Shown: positions 8,977 through 22,800 of the stretch, one piece after another | Position numbering within the stretch: position 1 is the first letter of the stretch | Layout: each line of letters begins with the position of its first letter | From: Patescibacteria group bacterium | GTDB lineage: Bacteria > Patescibacteriota > Patescibacteriia > Buchananbacterales > UBA6539 | Assembly (NCBI GenBank): GCA_041649675.1 | Contig: JBAZMQ010000002.1 | Coordinates: 65,920 to 129,919 of the forward strand | Length of the DNA: 64,000 bases | Direction of reading: 5' to 3' | Program-made: the position numbers and the translations under genes | The notes under the pieces: model-generated | What the model saw: only the letters and a program-made list of their open reading frames with translations | What the model was told of the DNA's origin: nothing | The model's database searches: none

Positions 8977-9960
8977 TTAAGGATTAACTTTAAAACTTTT
9001 AACCATGGCATTAAGGGTGGCCAAAAAATTCAATTCTGATAAATTACCGGCGTTATAAATTAAAACAAAGATTTTGCTGCCATCTGGCTTCATGAAATAA
9101 TAACTTTGATTATCAGCTGAACGCAAACCGGACAAGTTATTAATTTTTACCTCTGTTAATTGGCTTAAACTGTTTTTTGGAAATTCTCTTTGGTACCAGT
9201 CTCCCAGGGATAAGTTACTGCTATTATCAATAGTCAGCACTTCAATAAATTCGCCATCACTAGCGGTAAATAAGACTTCACTTTTTGCCTGATCTTGCTC
9301 TTTGACCGTCCAATTCTTTGGGTAAATAATTGAATAGATCGGCTGGTTGTAAGTCAAAAATAATCCGGAGCCAAGCAATGTTTGATTTTTCTGAGTCGGA
9401 TCATAACCACTAAGCAACTCAGCCCCGTCTTGATAGCCGTCACCGTCACTATCAGCATTATTTGAATCAGTGCCATATAAAGATTCCTCGGCAGCAGTTA
9501 AGCCATCATTATCAGAATCTAAAGCCGATGGCAGCGGAGCCTGGGTGGCAGTATTGGTGTTTGAATTAATATTAACATTGGTATTGATATTAGCATTAAC
9601 ATTTATATTGGCGTTGGCGTTGATATCAATATTGGTATTAGCATTAAAATTTATATTGGTATTAAGTGGCTGGTTAGTGTTCTCGTTGACTGCTTGATTT
9701 ATATTGGTATTAAGTGGCTGGTTAGTATTTACCGCAGCCTGATTTTTCTTTAAATTTTCATTTAGATAAAAGGCAACTCCAATTAAACCACCAATCAAAA
9801 GTACCCCGACTAAAATAATAATAATTAATCCGGTTTGTTTCTTTTTTGGTGCAACATAAAATCGTTGCGGCATAACATGAATTCGCCCGGATAAGTCAGA
9901 ATCAATCTGAGATATCGGGGTTGCACCTTTTTTTTGTTTTTGTTTTCTAAAACCAAACAT
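8977..9960 (-). CDS. Single-TM protein with Asn-rich stalk, TSP3-like Ca-binding repeats and PsbP-like C-terminal domain
   Basis: TM IIIILVGVLLIGGLIGVAFY; N/I/T-rich linker; DSDNDGL..EE..YGTD...DSDGDGYQDG.E; YSIIYPKNW. Confidence 0.7.
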   Translation of the reverse strand: MFGFRKQKQKKGATPISQIDSDLSGRIHVMPQRFYVAPKKKQTGLIIIILVGVLLIGGLIGVAFYLNENLKKNQAAVNTNQPLNTNINQAVNENTNQPLNTNINFNANTNIDINANANINVNANINTNVNINSNTNTATQAPLPSALDSDNDGLTAAEESLYGTDSNNADSDGDGYQDGAELLSGYDPTQKNQTLLGSGLFLTYNQPIYSIIYPKNWTVKEQDQAKSEVLFTASDGEFIEVLTIDNSSNLSLGDWYQREFPKNSLSQLTEVKINNLSGLRSADNQSYYFMKPDGSKIFVLIYNAGNLSELNFLATLNAMVKSFKVNP

Positions 9961-10048
9961 AAATTAATAATAGCAAATCTAAAATCCAAAGGCTAAATCC
10001 AGTTTAAAAAAATTAAGCCATTTGGTCTTACTACCGATCACTAATTGA

Positions 10049-10789
10049 TTAAGGATTTTGTTCAATATTTAATAATTTACCTGCTCCTTTGGGATCATAC
10101 CCATTCTTTACCTCATCACCGTCTTTATAGCCATCCCCGTCAGTATCGGGGTTATTTGGATCGGTACGAAAAACTTTAACTTCATCACGGTCAGTTAGAC
10201 CATCGCCATCAGTATCGGGGTTATTTGGATCGGTGCCATACATTCTTTCTTCAGTATCAATTAAACCATCTTGGTCACTGTCTAAATTTTGGTTTGTTTC
10301 ACTATTAATATTACTATCAATATTAGTGTTAGAAATATTACCCTGATTAACTATGTCTGGTTCATTATTAATAGCGTTATTAATCGGCTGATTGCTATTC
10401 AAAGGGACAGTATTGGTATTTGCCAATGGCAACTCCGAATTTCGGTCACTGGTAAAAAGACTATAGGCATACCAACCCGAAGCGGCTAAAACTACTATTG
10501 CCACTAACAGAATAGCAATAATAACCAAAATCTTTTTATACTGTTTGGCCATTGGTTCCTTAGCGTCTGTTACAGCCGCTTTGGCATTGTCTACCATTTT
10601 GTTCCAATCAGGCACGATTTGCGCCGGGCCTTTAACTAAGGACTGCCCCTGATCAACTTCAGCCAAAATGTCTTCTGGCTCATTGCTGGAAACGGGGCTA
10701 GGCCCAACCGAAGTTGGCGCTGGTGTTGGACTGCCAGTTGGTAAATTTTGCGGAATTTGATTGTTGCTATTTGGGTTTTGATCAAACAT
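10049..10789 (-). CDS. Single-TM protein with Asn-rich stalk and TSP3-like repeats
   Basis: TM ILVIIAILLVAIVVLAASGWYAY; repeats TDPNNPDTDGDG (DNA repeats at 10141 and 10210, 69-nt period). Confidence 0.75.
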   Translation of the reverse strand: MFDQNPNSNNQIPQNLPTGSPTPAPTSVGPSPVSSNEPEDILAEVDQGQSLVKGPAQIVPDWNKMVDNAKAAVTDAKEPMAKQYKKILVIIAILLVAIVVLAASGWYAYSLFTSDRNSELPLANTNTVPLNSNQPINNAINNEPDIVNQGNISNTNIDSNINSETNQNLDSDQDGLIDTEERMYGTDPNNPDTDGDGLTDRDEVKVFRTDPNNPDTDGDGYKDGDEVKNGYDPKGAGKLLNIEQNP

Positions 10790-10813
10790 ACTTAAAAATA
10801 TTAGAAAATTATT

Positions 10814-13800
10814 TTATGGCCAAGTAAATAGTTTTTTACAATAAGTATGGCTAGATGAGGTGTAATTACTGCCGCCATTGACTTTAGGATCACCCCAAAC
10901 TGGCCAAGGATGTTGGCTGGCAAAAGCACTATATAAACTACTAACCGCTGAACCGGTATTAGCATTGCCATCTTTGCTATTTTGCCAAGACGCACCAGGG
11001 ACAAAGCTGACTAATTTCCAGTCAGTAGCCGGTAAAGCTAAATCACCATCATTGATAGTATAGCATTGACTGGGCAAGCTGCTAACCGCGCCAACATGTG
11101 AATAAGACTCAGACCATTTCGGCACGGTTCCAAAGACACTGCAAACATCAGTACCGGCGTAATTGGCAAAAATCCCTCTAATCTGGCGATTAACCGCTGT
11201 GGTATAAGCCTCAAAGGCTAAAACATTAGCATTGGTTCCAGTATTTAAGCTAAAGCCACTGGGTTTAAAATAAATCTTGGTCCCCTTGCCACTTGAGTAA
11301 GGAAAAGTATAAGCCGAATCACTCCCCTGGCCGCTACTGCCAATAATCTCACCTTTCTGTTTATAGCCATTTGGTAAAAACAAATTACCGGTCAACAGAT
11401 TACCGTTAAGATAAATATTCAAATAATCATCAGCGCCAAAAAGTAATAAACAACTATTACTGCTGTCACAGCTGCCTTCAGCACCACCTAAGCAAGTATC
11501 ATAGACAACATCGCTGGTCAAACCGCCAACGCAGATATAGCCATTGCTGTAACAACTGGTTTTACCTTTAGCCGTATCAATAGTACAGGTTGAACCAACA
11601 TTACTGATATGGCTGCAGCCAAGCGCACAAATGCCATCATTATCTAAATCATTGCTTGAGTCATAAGGACAAGGATCAGTTATATCAACTAAGCCGTCAC
11701 CGTCAGTGTCGCTACCACTAATACATTGATTAATATCTTGGCAAATACAACTACCGCCGGTACAACCGGTTGTACCATAACATTGATTTGAACCATTTTT
11801 GTCTTCTTTGTAGCCATTAATTGCCACGCAAGTCCCACTGGTCCCAGCTAAACTACATTCCGAGCAAACAACACTGCAATAGTTGTTGTTTGCTTGGCAG
11901 CTAAAACTGGTACCAGCACCTTGGCAAGTACCACAACCACTGCAGCTTAAAGCACTAGCCTCACAATTTAGAGTTGTAGCGTTACATTGGCTGCAATTAC
12001 CCAAGCAAGCCACGGCTGATGCCGAATAATTACAAATATTACTGCTGCAAGAAGCAATAGCACAGTTGCCCGGAATGCCAGCCAAACAATCATTAGCTGT
12101 TTGACAACATAGGGCGCTACCCGACTGTTTGCCAACACAGCTTGAGTCAGCACAATCAGCTTTACCGTCACAATTATTATCTAAACTGTCTGAACAATAT
12201 CCGGTTTCAGAAATATGATAAGTTGGAATTGTTGTATAATCGCAGCCTGGCCACTGACCAGCGGTATTGCAGGTTTCCTGAGACCCAGCACATACTCCCT
12301 GTTGGTTGGCACAGTTCCGTTTTGTCCCCGGATTACAAGCCCAGCAATCAGCATCAGCGCCGTCAACTTTACCGTTACAATTGTTATCTAAACTGTCTGA
12401 ACAATATCCGGTTTCAGAAATATGATAAGTTGGAATTGTTGTATAATCACAGCCCAGCCACTGACCAGCGGTATTGCAGGTTTCCTGAGACCCAGCACAT
12501 ACTCCCTGTTGGTTGGCACAATTTTGTTTCTGCCCGGACGTACAAGTCGCGGTCGTATTACAAATACCGCCATTACAGAAAGCTGGCGTTGGCCCGCACA
12601 AAGCCGGGCTAACTGTATCTAAGCTTCCATTATGAGCAGCAATGCATGATCCCCCTGCACCATCAGCACAGGCTTGGCAGGGTTGGCTACATTCATCTTC
12701 TAAGCCAATAGCGGCAGTTCGGTTAACACAGCTACCAGCCGAGCAAAGCGTACATTGGCCAGCACATTTGTTACCGTCCGGAGCGTTAGGCTGAACTTCG
12801 CAATAGTGAATATTGGCTCCTGACAAACCACAGCGATAACAAGCCGAACAGTAATTGTCATTTTTCTGGCCCGAGCCTGAAGCACTTTCCCAACAACAAA
12901 TCGCACCGCCAACCGTCGGCTTACCAGCACAGACAAAGTCATCGCAATCGGCATAGCCATTGCAGTCATTATCTTTACCATCATTACAAACTTCTAAAAC
13001 CGTCGGATGAATACCAACATCATTGTCATCACAATCATTGCCCGCCCGGTCACTATACTTAGTCCCCCGACAATCAGGTTGACCAGCTACCTGGCTGCAA
13101 GTACTAGCCTGAGTACTGTAATAGTTATCATTGTCAGTATCAGTATAATAAGTAACTGTTTGAGTTGATTGATCAATACACCTGTTATTAATACAGTCTT
13201 TGCCAGCCAAACAGCCACAATCCTTGCAACAATTACTGGCACTCTCATTATATTCACATTTATTATTACCACAAATAATTGTCAAACCCTTATTGACGCT
13301 ACCTGCCGGGCAAGTGCCGTCCGGACCAGTAATCACAAACTGACCCCAGCCACCAGCCGGCCCATCCGAATCCACTCTCACCACATTACTGTCTTCTTGC
13401 CAGGAACAAATATTATACCAAGCAGGATCTCCAAGAGCCATATAGGCATATTTGCCGGTACTGGTAAGCTTAAAGGTTACTATGTCACCACACTTAAAAG
13501 TTATTCCGCTGTTTACACCGTTGCTGTCCAATAATTCCCATTTTTCCCAACTATTGTCAGTTACATCACAATTATTTTCGCGAACATGCATATATGGTGT
13601 ACCTTCAGTTTCGGCAGAAAGGCCACAGAGTAAATCGTCTTTGCCTCTAATGTAGATTGTATCATAGCCATATTGAGTGCCAGCCGTTCTCATACAAGCA
13701 TGATTTCCGGCTGTAACTTCGCCGTGAACAAGGTCAATACCGACAAATTGAAATACTTCACGCTGATCGCTGCTACCATGCAAAAACAAAGGTACCGTAC

Positions 13801-16800
13801 CAATCCAACAATCAAGCATAGTACTCATACAATTAACTTCAATATCGTCAGCTTTTAACCAATTATTAACACTATTATCAAGAACTTTTAAAGCAAAAGT
13901 GTCTTCATATTTCAAATTACATTTTATTTCATTGGAAAAATTTTCACCAACCGAACAGCAGCCATCACCGTGCGTGCCAATGCAAGGCTTTGGCTTCTGG
14001 CAGGCTTCACCGGTGTTGGAATTAATACAAACCACATTAACTTCGCCACAATTACCCGGACTACAAGCCCCGGGCAGGGCACAAGCCCAACCGCCACCGG
14101 CTTCTTGGCCATGGCAGACCGGCGCCGCGACCGCCGAAAACGGACAATAAGACAAACTTAAATCTTTAATTGTTACCGTAGTGCCAGCATTCTGTTTTAT
14201 ACCCTCAACTGAAACATCAATATTTTGTGAATTGGCAGTACAAACAAAAGATGGTACCGCCAAATTTACTGTACTGCTATAAGCGCCAGTGCTGTATTGA
14301 TACTCCCCTAAAGTATTTAAACCTGATTTAAATTTAACCCGGATTGGATTAGTCAAATTGTCAATAATTTTAGTAGTGATTCTATTATAAAAATCAAGTG
14401 CATTGTCTGAATACAAACAGTAACCGCTACCATCACAAGGACCGCCACAATCACTGCCAGTCTTGCAATTAGAAGACAATCCGTCCAATAAGTTATAATC
14501 AACTCCATTACCAAGACCTAAAGTATAAATTTCAACTCCTTGGTTTTTGGCCGCTGTCGCTGCCGCTTTGGCCGCTGTCGCTGCCGCATTACTCGGGTCG
14601 CCGGCCATCACTAAAATCATGACTTTCGTGGCTGTGTTTGGATTAGGCATGCCATTTAATATATTGGTACCGGTGATAATTCCTAAATTTATCGGCGGGG
14701 GGCCGGCATTTAGATAGTTATAGGTGCCAATAGCTGTCTCAATAACTCCGCTTGGTGTAATTCCGGCCGTTGACGGATCACCGGGATTATTTCGACATTC
14801 ATTAGTTGTAACGCTTTCACCATTGGTATCTTTGCCGACCCAACGGTTGGTATTATTTTCATTACAATCATGATTGGAACAAATTCTTTCACTTTGGCAA
14901 AGCCACCTTAAACTATCATCACCGATATCACCATTCATGTCTGCTCGATAATGAGCCAGACCAATTCTCAAATATTGGTTAATTTTTGGTTCGGCCAAAA
15001 ATTGGTTGGCAGAAAATTGCAAAGCCACTTTAAAAACTGGAAAATTGATACCCATAATGGCGGATAGGTCAGTGACATAAACAATAGAGATATCATCGGT
15101 AGTTGAATGACCGGAGATGGCAACGTTAAAATCAATCTTATCACCAACCTGACAAGCCGGAATAGCAAAAGTACCAGATGACGAACCATAGTTAAAAGTC
15201 AGAATATCTGGATTAGTAGCTTCCACGGTATAAAAAGGCGGACAATACCTAATCTTTTTACAATTCAAATCACAAGTTAAGGCGTTAGGCGGATCGCACT
15301 CTTCAAGTTGGTTAGTACATTTACTAGGATTACTGTTACAAGCCTCCGCTTTATTAGGATCACAGGCCGTGACTTTATCATCACAGCGATAATCAGTTTG
15401 AAGGATGCCATCGCCGCAACCGCCGCCAACGGGCCAATCCTCCATCACGCGGCAATTATCGCACCATCGGTGCATATTGGTTCCGGAGTAACTATCAGTT
15501 GGCTGAACGCCATTAATAGTTTCACAGGGTAATTTACATTTTGTTGGATCACCACTACAGCTATTAATGTCTGATGGATCGCAAGCTTCTTGGGTTCTTT
15601 CGCATTTATAACCTTGCTGACTATTGGCTAAGCTCATATTAGCTGCACTGTCACCGCAATCACAGGCTTCGTTGGCCGCTTCAATTATACCGTTACCACA
15701 ATATTCTGGAGCATGAACGACTTTAGTTTCCGAACAATTATTACACCAGCTACATTCGGCGCCATAACTAGTACCAACCGTGCAAGCAGCGTTATTAGCC
15801 GTGCTGCAAGCAAAAGGATTGACTGGCGGCGCGCCATAAGGCTGAGTAACACCACAATCACAAACTTCGCCACTATCAATCTTTTTATTACCACATAAAT
15901 CACAAATATTGCCCTGCCAATTACCATTAGAATCGGTTTGGTCAGGATTATAACAAGAAATTTCAATACCAAACTTATCCAGGCAAGTCGCGCCACCCAC
16001 GCCGCCAGGACAATTGTCTAAATCACCCTCGCTAAAACTATTTTTTGAAACCTGGCAACCGGCAAAATGTTCCTTTTGATCAGAATTTAAATTGGCCGCT
16101 GGATTAGAAACGGTCGCTTTAGTATAAAAAGTGTAATCACCAAAACTATCTCGATCAAAATCAATACAGTCATTACAGATATAACCAACTTGACTGCCAT
16201 CATAGTCTTCTTGAAATGGATTATAATATTTATAAGTATTATCAGTAAATTGTTTACAAGTTGGCTTGTTTGACGGACAACAAGTTTGTCCGGACGGACA
16301 AGTAGCTTGGTAATTGCTGGTACAAGCAATCGCTACTGGATAATTACCATTAAAAGTACAATAACCTCGGCGATCATTAGAAACACCATTTCCGTTAAAT
16401 GGCACGGTACAATTGGAATAAGTTGAATCGCAATCGTTATTTTGATGACAACGTTGACCGTTTCGCTGGCCAGAAGCATTTTGGCACCAACCGTTTAAAT
16501 AAGGTGAACAGTTGTCTTTGGGACAAATAGTCGGATCATTAACGCCAGTATTAACATCCCAGTACCTGTCTCCGTCAATATCCGTACAAGGATCACAAGC
16601 ATTACCATAGCCGTCGCCATCACTGTCGCGTTGGTCAGGATTATAAACTGTTGGGCAATTATCAGCATTGTCACCATTATCACAAGCTCCATCATTGTCA
16701 GCATCACCCGAACAAGTTAAATCGCAAATATCGCCCAAGCTGTCGCCATTGCTATTCTTCTGATCAGGATTATAACAATCAACTGGTTTTATCGGACAAG

Positions 16801-19800
16801 CAGTTGCCGGATTACAATTATCAAAAGAAGTGGTTGAATTCAAATAATCACAACTACCATCATTGTCCGCATCACCCGAGCAAAAAGTACCAGGTCCGTG
16901 ATCCGGACAGGCCAGAATATCACCATCGGTGCAATCATCAAAAGCCGGATCATTTGTGCCACCATAACAACGTTTAACACCATTACAATCCGGCGTACTT
17001 ACTCCCCCGCCGATGGTTGCTTGATGAATTTCAAAATTTAATCTGTTGCAAGCAACTGGTAACTCATAAAAATTAGGTAAAACCGAAGCACAAGTTTGAC
17101 CAGTTGCACAATCTGCTTGAGATTGGCAGACTTTACCAGTATCAGTCGTACCTATCAGACAATGACTGATTGGCAACGACCGCCAAGTGCCTTGGCCGGT
17201 ATATTCAAAATTGGTATAAAGACCATAAAGCGCTCCTTCGCTAGCTGATTTGTAAGCATAAACTGACATTTCAGCCGGACAGCTGTATTGTTTAGCAACG
17301 TTATCCCAGCAAGTCAGCTGTTTATCTGCATCTTTAGGCAAACAAATACCGGGATTATTGCCACAATTAGAAACAACACCAGGCCGACATTCGCCTGACG
17401 AACCAAAGAGATACTCCTTACCGGTGTCATCATTAAATTTATAATTATAGAACCCAATGGTAGGGATAAATTCTTTTGGATAACCTAAAGTACCAGCCTC
17501 ATGGTAACCCCAAACCAACTGGCCATTACTATTCTCCGGATAAATATACATGTTGCCATCTTTATCACCAATTACATTTCTGCCTTCAGTATCAGCTCCA
17601 GTCACTATACCGCCAAGCGGATGGTAAAAACCCATAGTCGGTTTAAAGGCCGCTGGCAAAGTTTCACCCGGACCAAAACATTTGAAAATCAACTTTGTGC
17701 CTTCGGCTGAAGCTAAAGTCGGATAAATACAAAGTTTTCCGTCTTTATCCCAAAGATGAATTTGACCTATAACATGAGCCCCAACAATCATGGCACCAAA
17801 CTGAGTATAATAACCAACTACTGGTTTAAAATCTACTGGTAAACCTAAACTTTGGTCAGCATTAGTCCGATCAACATGTTGCCAACTGGTATGATCGGTT
17901 GGATTATTAACATTAGGATAAATATATTCTTCACCGTTTTCATCAAATAGAACAATTCGGCCGGGCGTAGTTTGGCCAGAACCAGAAACTGTTTGGTCAA
18001 AAGCATGATAAAATCCAACTACGGGTTTAAATGCAGGATCAGGGAAATAATCAGTTAACAGCGCACCGCTTGCCCAAGAATCACCGGTAAAAGCATAAAC
18101 TTTTGAACCGTACCAAAGAATGGTTTTGTTGTCATGCAAAGGATCAAAATAACCTACTTGCGGCCGGCCAGCGGTGGCCATGAAGCCAGCGTCAGAACCA
18201 ACGGAAATATTTTTCCATGACAAATTTTTATCATAAGTATATATTTGACCAAAGGTTTCGCTATTATCAATAGTACCGTTACCGTTAAAATCACAATAGA
18301 AATCACCACAGCTGCCAAAATAATTAAGCGGATCGGTAAATAAATTACCGCCAAGCTCCTTGGCAAATGTCTGATTCCAAGACGGCCAAACCGAAAAGGT
18401 CGTGCTGGCAATATAAGTTCCCCCAGAAAGCAGCGGATAAATTCCTTTGGTTTTTAGGTAAGTCCCTAAACTTAATTGAATATCCCGCAAATCGCCATAA
18501 CGTTGGGCATCCCTAACGACTTTTTCTTTGTTAGCCAAACAATTGAGGTTAGGACAATCAAAATTATTATTACAATAAATCGGACTGCAGACTTTAGCCA
18601 AACAAGCATTAATTTCGTTTGACCAATAGCAGCCGTGCTTAATGCCATCGTTAGACTGGCAAGTTACTGGCGCCACTAAAGTATTACAATAATCAAACTG
18701 TGAATTCCCAAGCGCCGTATATGGTAAAACATCTTGGGAACCACATAAAATATTAGTGCCATCATAATAACCAATATCACTGCACATTCGATAATTATTA
18801 AAATTGGCATTAAATGACAACGCACCAGACTGGCCGGTTGAATCTAAAATCCGGTTAAAAATTTCCTTAATTGGGCCAGTTGCATTCTGACTATGAGAAA
18901 TCAAATAGATGTTTGAATATAGAAAATCATTGCCCGCCGAATCAATGGTCAAATTAGGTGCACCAATATAAGCCGTTCGGCCGTCCAAAACCGCTTGATA
19001 ACCATCAATGGTAAACGCTTTTGGCGCACCCTTGGTTGGTAAATTCATCTGGCAGGTGCTAGTTAAACTCAAATCATCAATATCAACTACTGATCCGGTT
19101 TCATTTTTACCAATAACGGCAAACGAAACATTAGTTGTCTCCTTCAAACTGAAATTGCAAGTTACTTTTTCCCATTTATCCGCCTTGAGCAAAGTGCTGC
19201 AAACTCCGCCGCCTCGACTACCAAACGAGCAATTGGCATTACTACAAATCATTGGATAGGTAGCTCCACTGGTAACCACCGCCGTTAAAATTACTTGCTG
19301 GGCTGAGCGGACATAGGCTGAAACAGCATAGTTGCCGGGTGCTAAATTTCTAACTTCACCCGGGCTGCCGATCAACTCAGCTCCCCAGCCTTTTTTCGGA
19401 GTTGATTGATTAATAATTGTTAGTCTCGTACCGAGGTTACCGCTTCTGGCGGCCTCTGTCTTATATTCCAGCTTAGCATTCAAATCCCTGTCCTCTGGGT
19501 AACTGCTACCAACACTACAATGAATCAACCAGTCATGGACATTGGAATTATTAATAGTTTTCACACCATTAATACAATGACCAATTTCGGCCCCAGCCGT
19601 GCCGTCTTCAAAATCACCGTTATTGAACAAATTGGTTTGACTGCAATCAGCATCATTGAAACATAAATTATTAATATTGGCGTTACCGCCACATAAACCA
19701 GACTTGTACCAAGTCATTGGCGATAAATGAAGCGGATTAGGCAAAACTTTAATTCCCAAAGCATCGCTGCTGGAATTAATATCGCCTTCTAATTTAATTA

Positions 19801-22800
19801 AATTCACCCGACTAATTAAAGTATTGGAATCAAGTGGATCATTATTACCGTCACCGTCTTTATGGTTCCAGTCACCCCAATCATTTACCCAACGAATTCT
19901 AATTTCATGGTTGCCAGAAGCTAGGTGACCCAAAGCTAATTCACCGCTGGTATTATTTTCAGTTGCCAAATTAGAAATCTTCCCGGCCAAAACACCATCA
20001 ATATAAATTTGGAAAACATGGGTTACGCCGTGAAGGCAAGAAACGCCGGTCGGACAAGTTCCCGGATCACAAGCTGTATTTTCGCCAACACTAAGCATAC
20101 CGTCGTTATTAGCATCACAATAACTATAAATACTAAAATCCCGATTATTATGAGATGTAACATTTAATCTATAATTACCATCAGCGACAGAATCAAATTT
20201 ATAAACCCAAGCCGCCGTACCTTTGTTTTGCTCCCATAAGCTAGCAAACCGAGAGCCAGCCGCTGAGCATTGATAAGTATCGGCTATCCCCTCATACCAA
20301 CCGCAACATAAAGAATCAGTCGTGCCGATATTAATCGGTAAATTGCTGGTACAAGCGCTAGTACTACCATTAATATTATTGCAGAAACAGGCTGTCTTGA
20401 CTGGATCATATTCTTGGCCATTTTTAGAAGCAACCACTACTTTAGTTGAATTGATATCTTGGTCACCAATTGGAAAGATAAACTCTTTCAATGATTTAAT
20501 TGGATCATTTTTTCCTAAAATGATAGGCGACAATGATAATGGCGGTAAATCATCGCTAAACCCAGATTCACCAAAATCACGGCAATAGTACATCTTAAAA
20601 TTCGTGTTTGGCATTCTAAAATTACTGGCATTGTCCTGATAAGGAAAATTGGCAATATCTGGCCAAGGATTATCACAGATAAAATTAGTAACATTAACAA
20701 TTTGTGAATTAGCAACTTTGGCCCGACATTCTATGCCTGGCTGACAATTGTGACTTTCAGCGCAAAATAGACTGGTATTGCCACAAGTTCGTTCCAAGGC
20801 TAAAACATTAACTGCCGAATCGCCGTTTTTACCTTTCGGGGTGCCTGGGTCTTGGCCCGGAGTAACATAATAAATATCATTTGAAGTGTTGGGTAAACAG
20901 GTTCCTTTTCCGGCTGAGATACATTCTGAATCACTTAAACAAGCAAAAGAATCATCTAGGGAACAAAGTCCCGGAAATGGGTTGGTTAAATAAATTAAAT
21001 TACTTGGATCAATACCAAGCCAAGAAAAGCTGGTACCAAAAGAACTTAAAGGAATTCTAATACCACTTGGATTATTGATGTCATAACAAATTGCCTGGTA
21101 GGCATGTTGATTGCCAGCAGTCGGCTGATAATAATCACTACTATTAGCAACACAAGCGTCAAAAGTAGTAGCCGCTTCGGTGTTGGGACAATCTTTACTG
21201 GCAGTTTCTAATTTGCTGCAAACCAAACCAGCTCGGATACCAGCAGCACAAATATAATCCGGTGCCACATCGTCATCAAGTTTAGTAATGGTATTGGCCC
21301 CACAATCGTTACCGGCACAAGTGAAATAATCATTAGTGGTTTCTGTACCGCCGCTGCTGGAATCAATTGTCACACCGATATAATCACAATGGCAAAAATC
21401 ACCATAAGTAGCAAAATTCCAGGTTGTACAATACAAATCAGACTCCGCTTGACAAACCTTTTTAGTCAGTGAATCACCGGTACGACTTAATACTCCTCCC
21501 TCATCAGCTTTAACAAACAATTGATAAGATGAATTGGCATCTAAAACATTACTAACTAATCCATTAACCAAAATTTCACTACCCATGCAGCTAGTATCAT
21601 ATTTACATTCGCTATTGGCGGCTGTATAAGTTCGGCCAGCGACTTTAAATTCACACTGGCTGTTAGCATTACAGTTACCGCTTAATTTTTTATAGCTTAA
21701 GCTGCTAATCTGGTTTTCAGAAACTGCCGGATCATTTTGGCAGTTGCCGTAGCTTCTGCCCAAACCACATTTTTTCAAAATTAAATTATCAAATTTACAA
21801 ACATCATTTTTTTCAAAGCAGCCCGCTGCCTGCCAACAAGACTGGCTAGAACAATCAGACTTAGAACACTTGGTATTATCCGGTACTGAATTGCCACTGG
21901 CATCATGGCCAGTACAATTTACCGCCGGACTACTGGCACAGGCATAACTTTTTTGGCAGCTGCCTTTAATTGTATCTAAATTTAATTCATGGGTAAAAAC
22001 AGTATAAATAACCGCATTGCGACATTGCAATGAATTGAAGTTGGGATCATGCGGCGGTTGCTGACCAACGATTTCAAACGGGACCGAAGCCTGACCAATA
22101 ACGGTTAACTCGCCGACGCCAACGATATCTTTTTGTAATTTATGCCAAGCCCTGATTTCTTCTTTCACTTCCTGAGAAACCGAAAAGAAATTTAAAGTCT
22201 GAACTAATTGGTGCGGACCAACTCGGTTACCATTCTGGACTGAGCCGGAATGTAAACACATATTGCTGCAACCATCTAAAACACAATCACCCAAACTGCC
22301 GGTTATACAGTCCAAATTAGAATCACAAGGTATAGCTCCTAATTCCGGGTCAGTTTTGGCACAATAACCATTGTAAGGGGTGCAATCGCTGCCTGATTTG
22401 CAAGCGGAAGTATCTTTTGCGGTACAATTTGTCCACTGGTTATTGATATCCTGGCACCAACCACCATCATCACATTCCTCGCCTTTTTCAGTGCTGCCAT
22501 TGCCACAGACTGACTGACCAGAATTGCCACTGCCGTTAGCTCGGCCGGTTTCTAACAAGCACGGCCGTACCCGACAATTTGAGCCTGTCCAATAACACCA
22601 CATTAACTGATTATTGCTTGGGTTACTTAAATCAATTTTTTCACAATCTTCTTTAGTATTAAAAGTACTGCAAGGATGATTAACTAAATCATTGGTAAGA
22701 TCCGGACCTTGATAAACACCGGTGCAATTACCAACATCACCGGTCATCGGTATTTTTCCTTGAGATTTTTCACCAGTATCACAAGCCTCGCCTTTAGTAA

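Noticed and set aside
9560-12520. Direct repeats that might suggest a CRISPR array
   Set aside because: All are in-frame coding repeats (periods 48, 69 and 207 nt) with no repeat-spacer pattern, and no cas genes are present.
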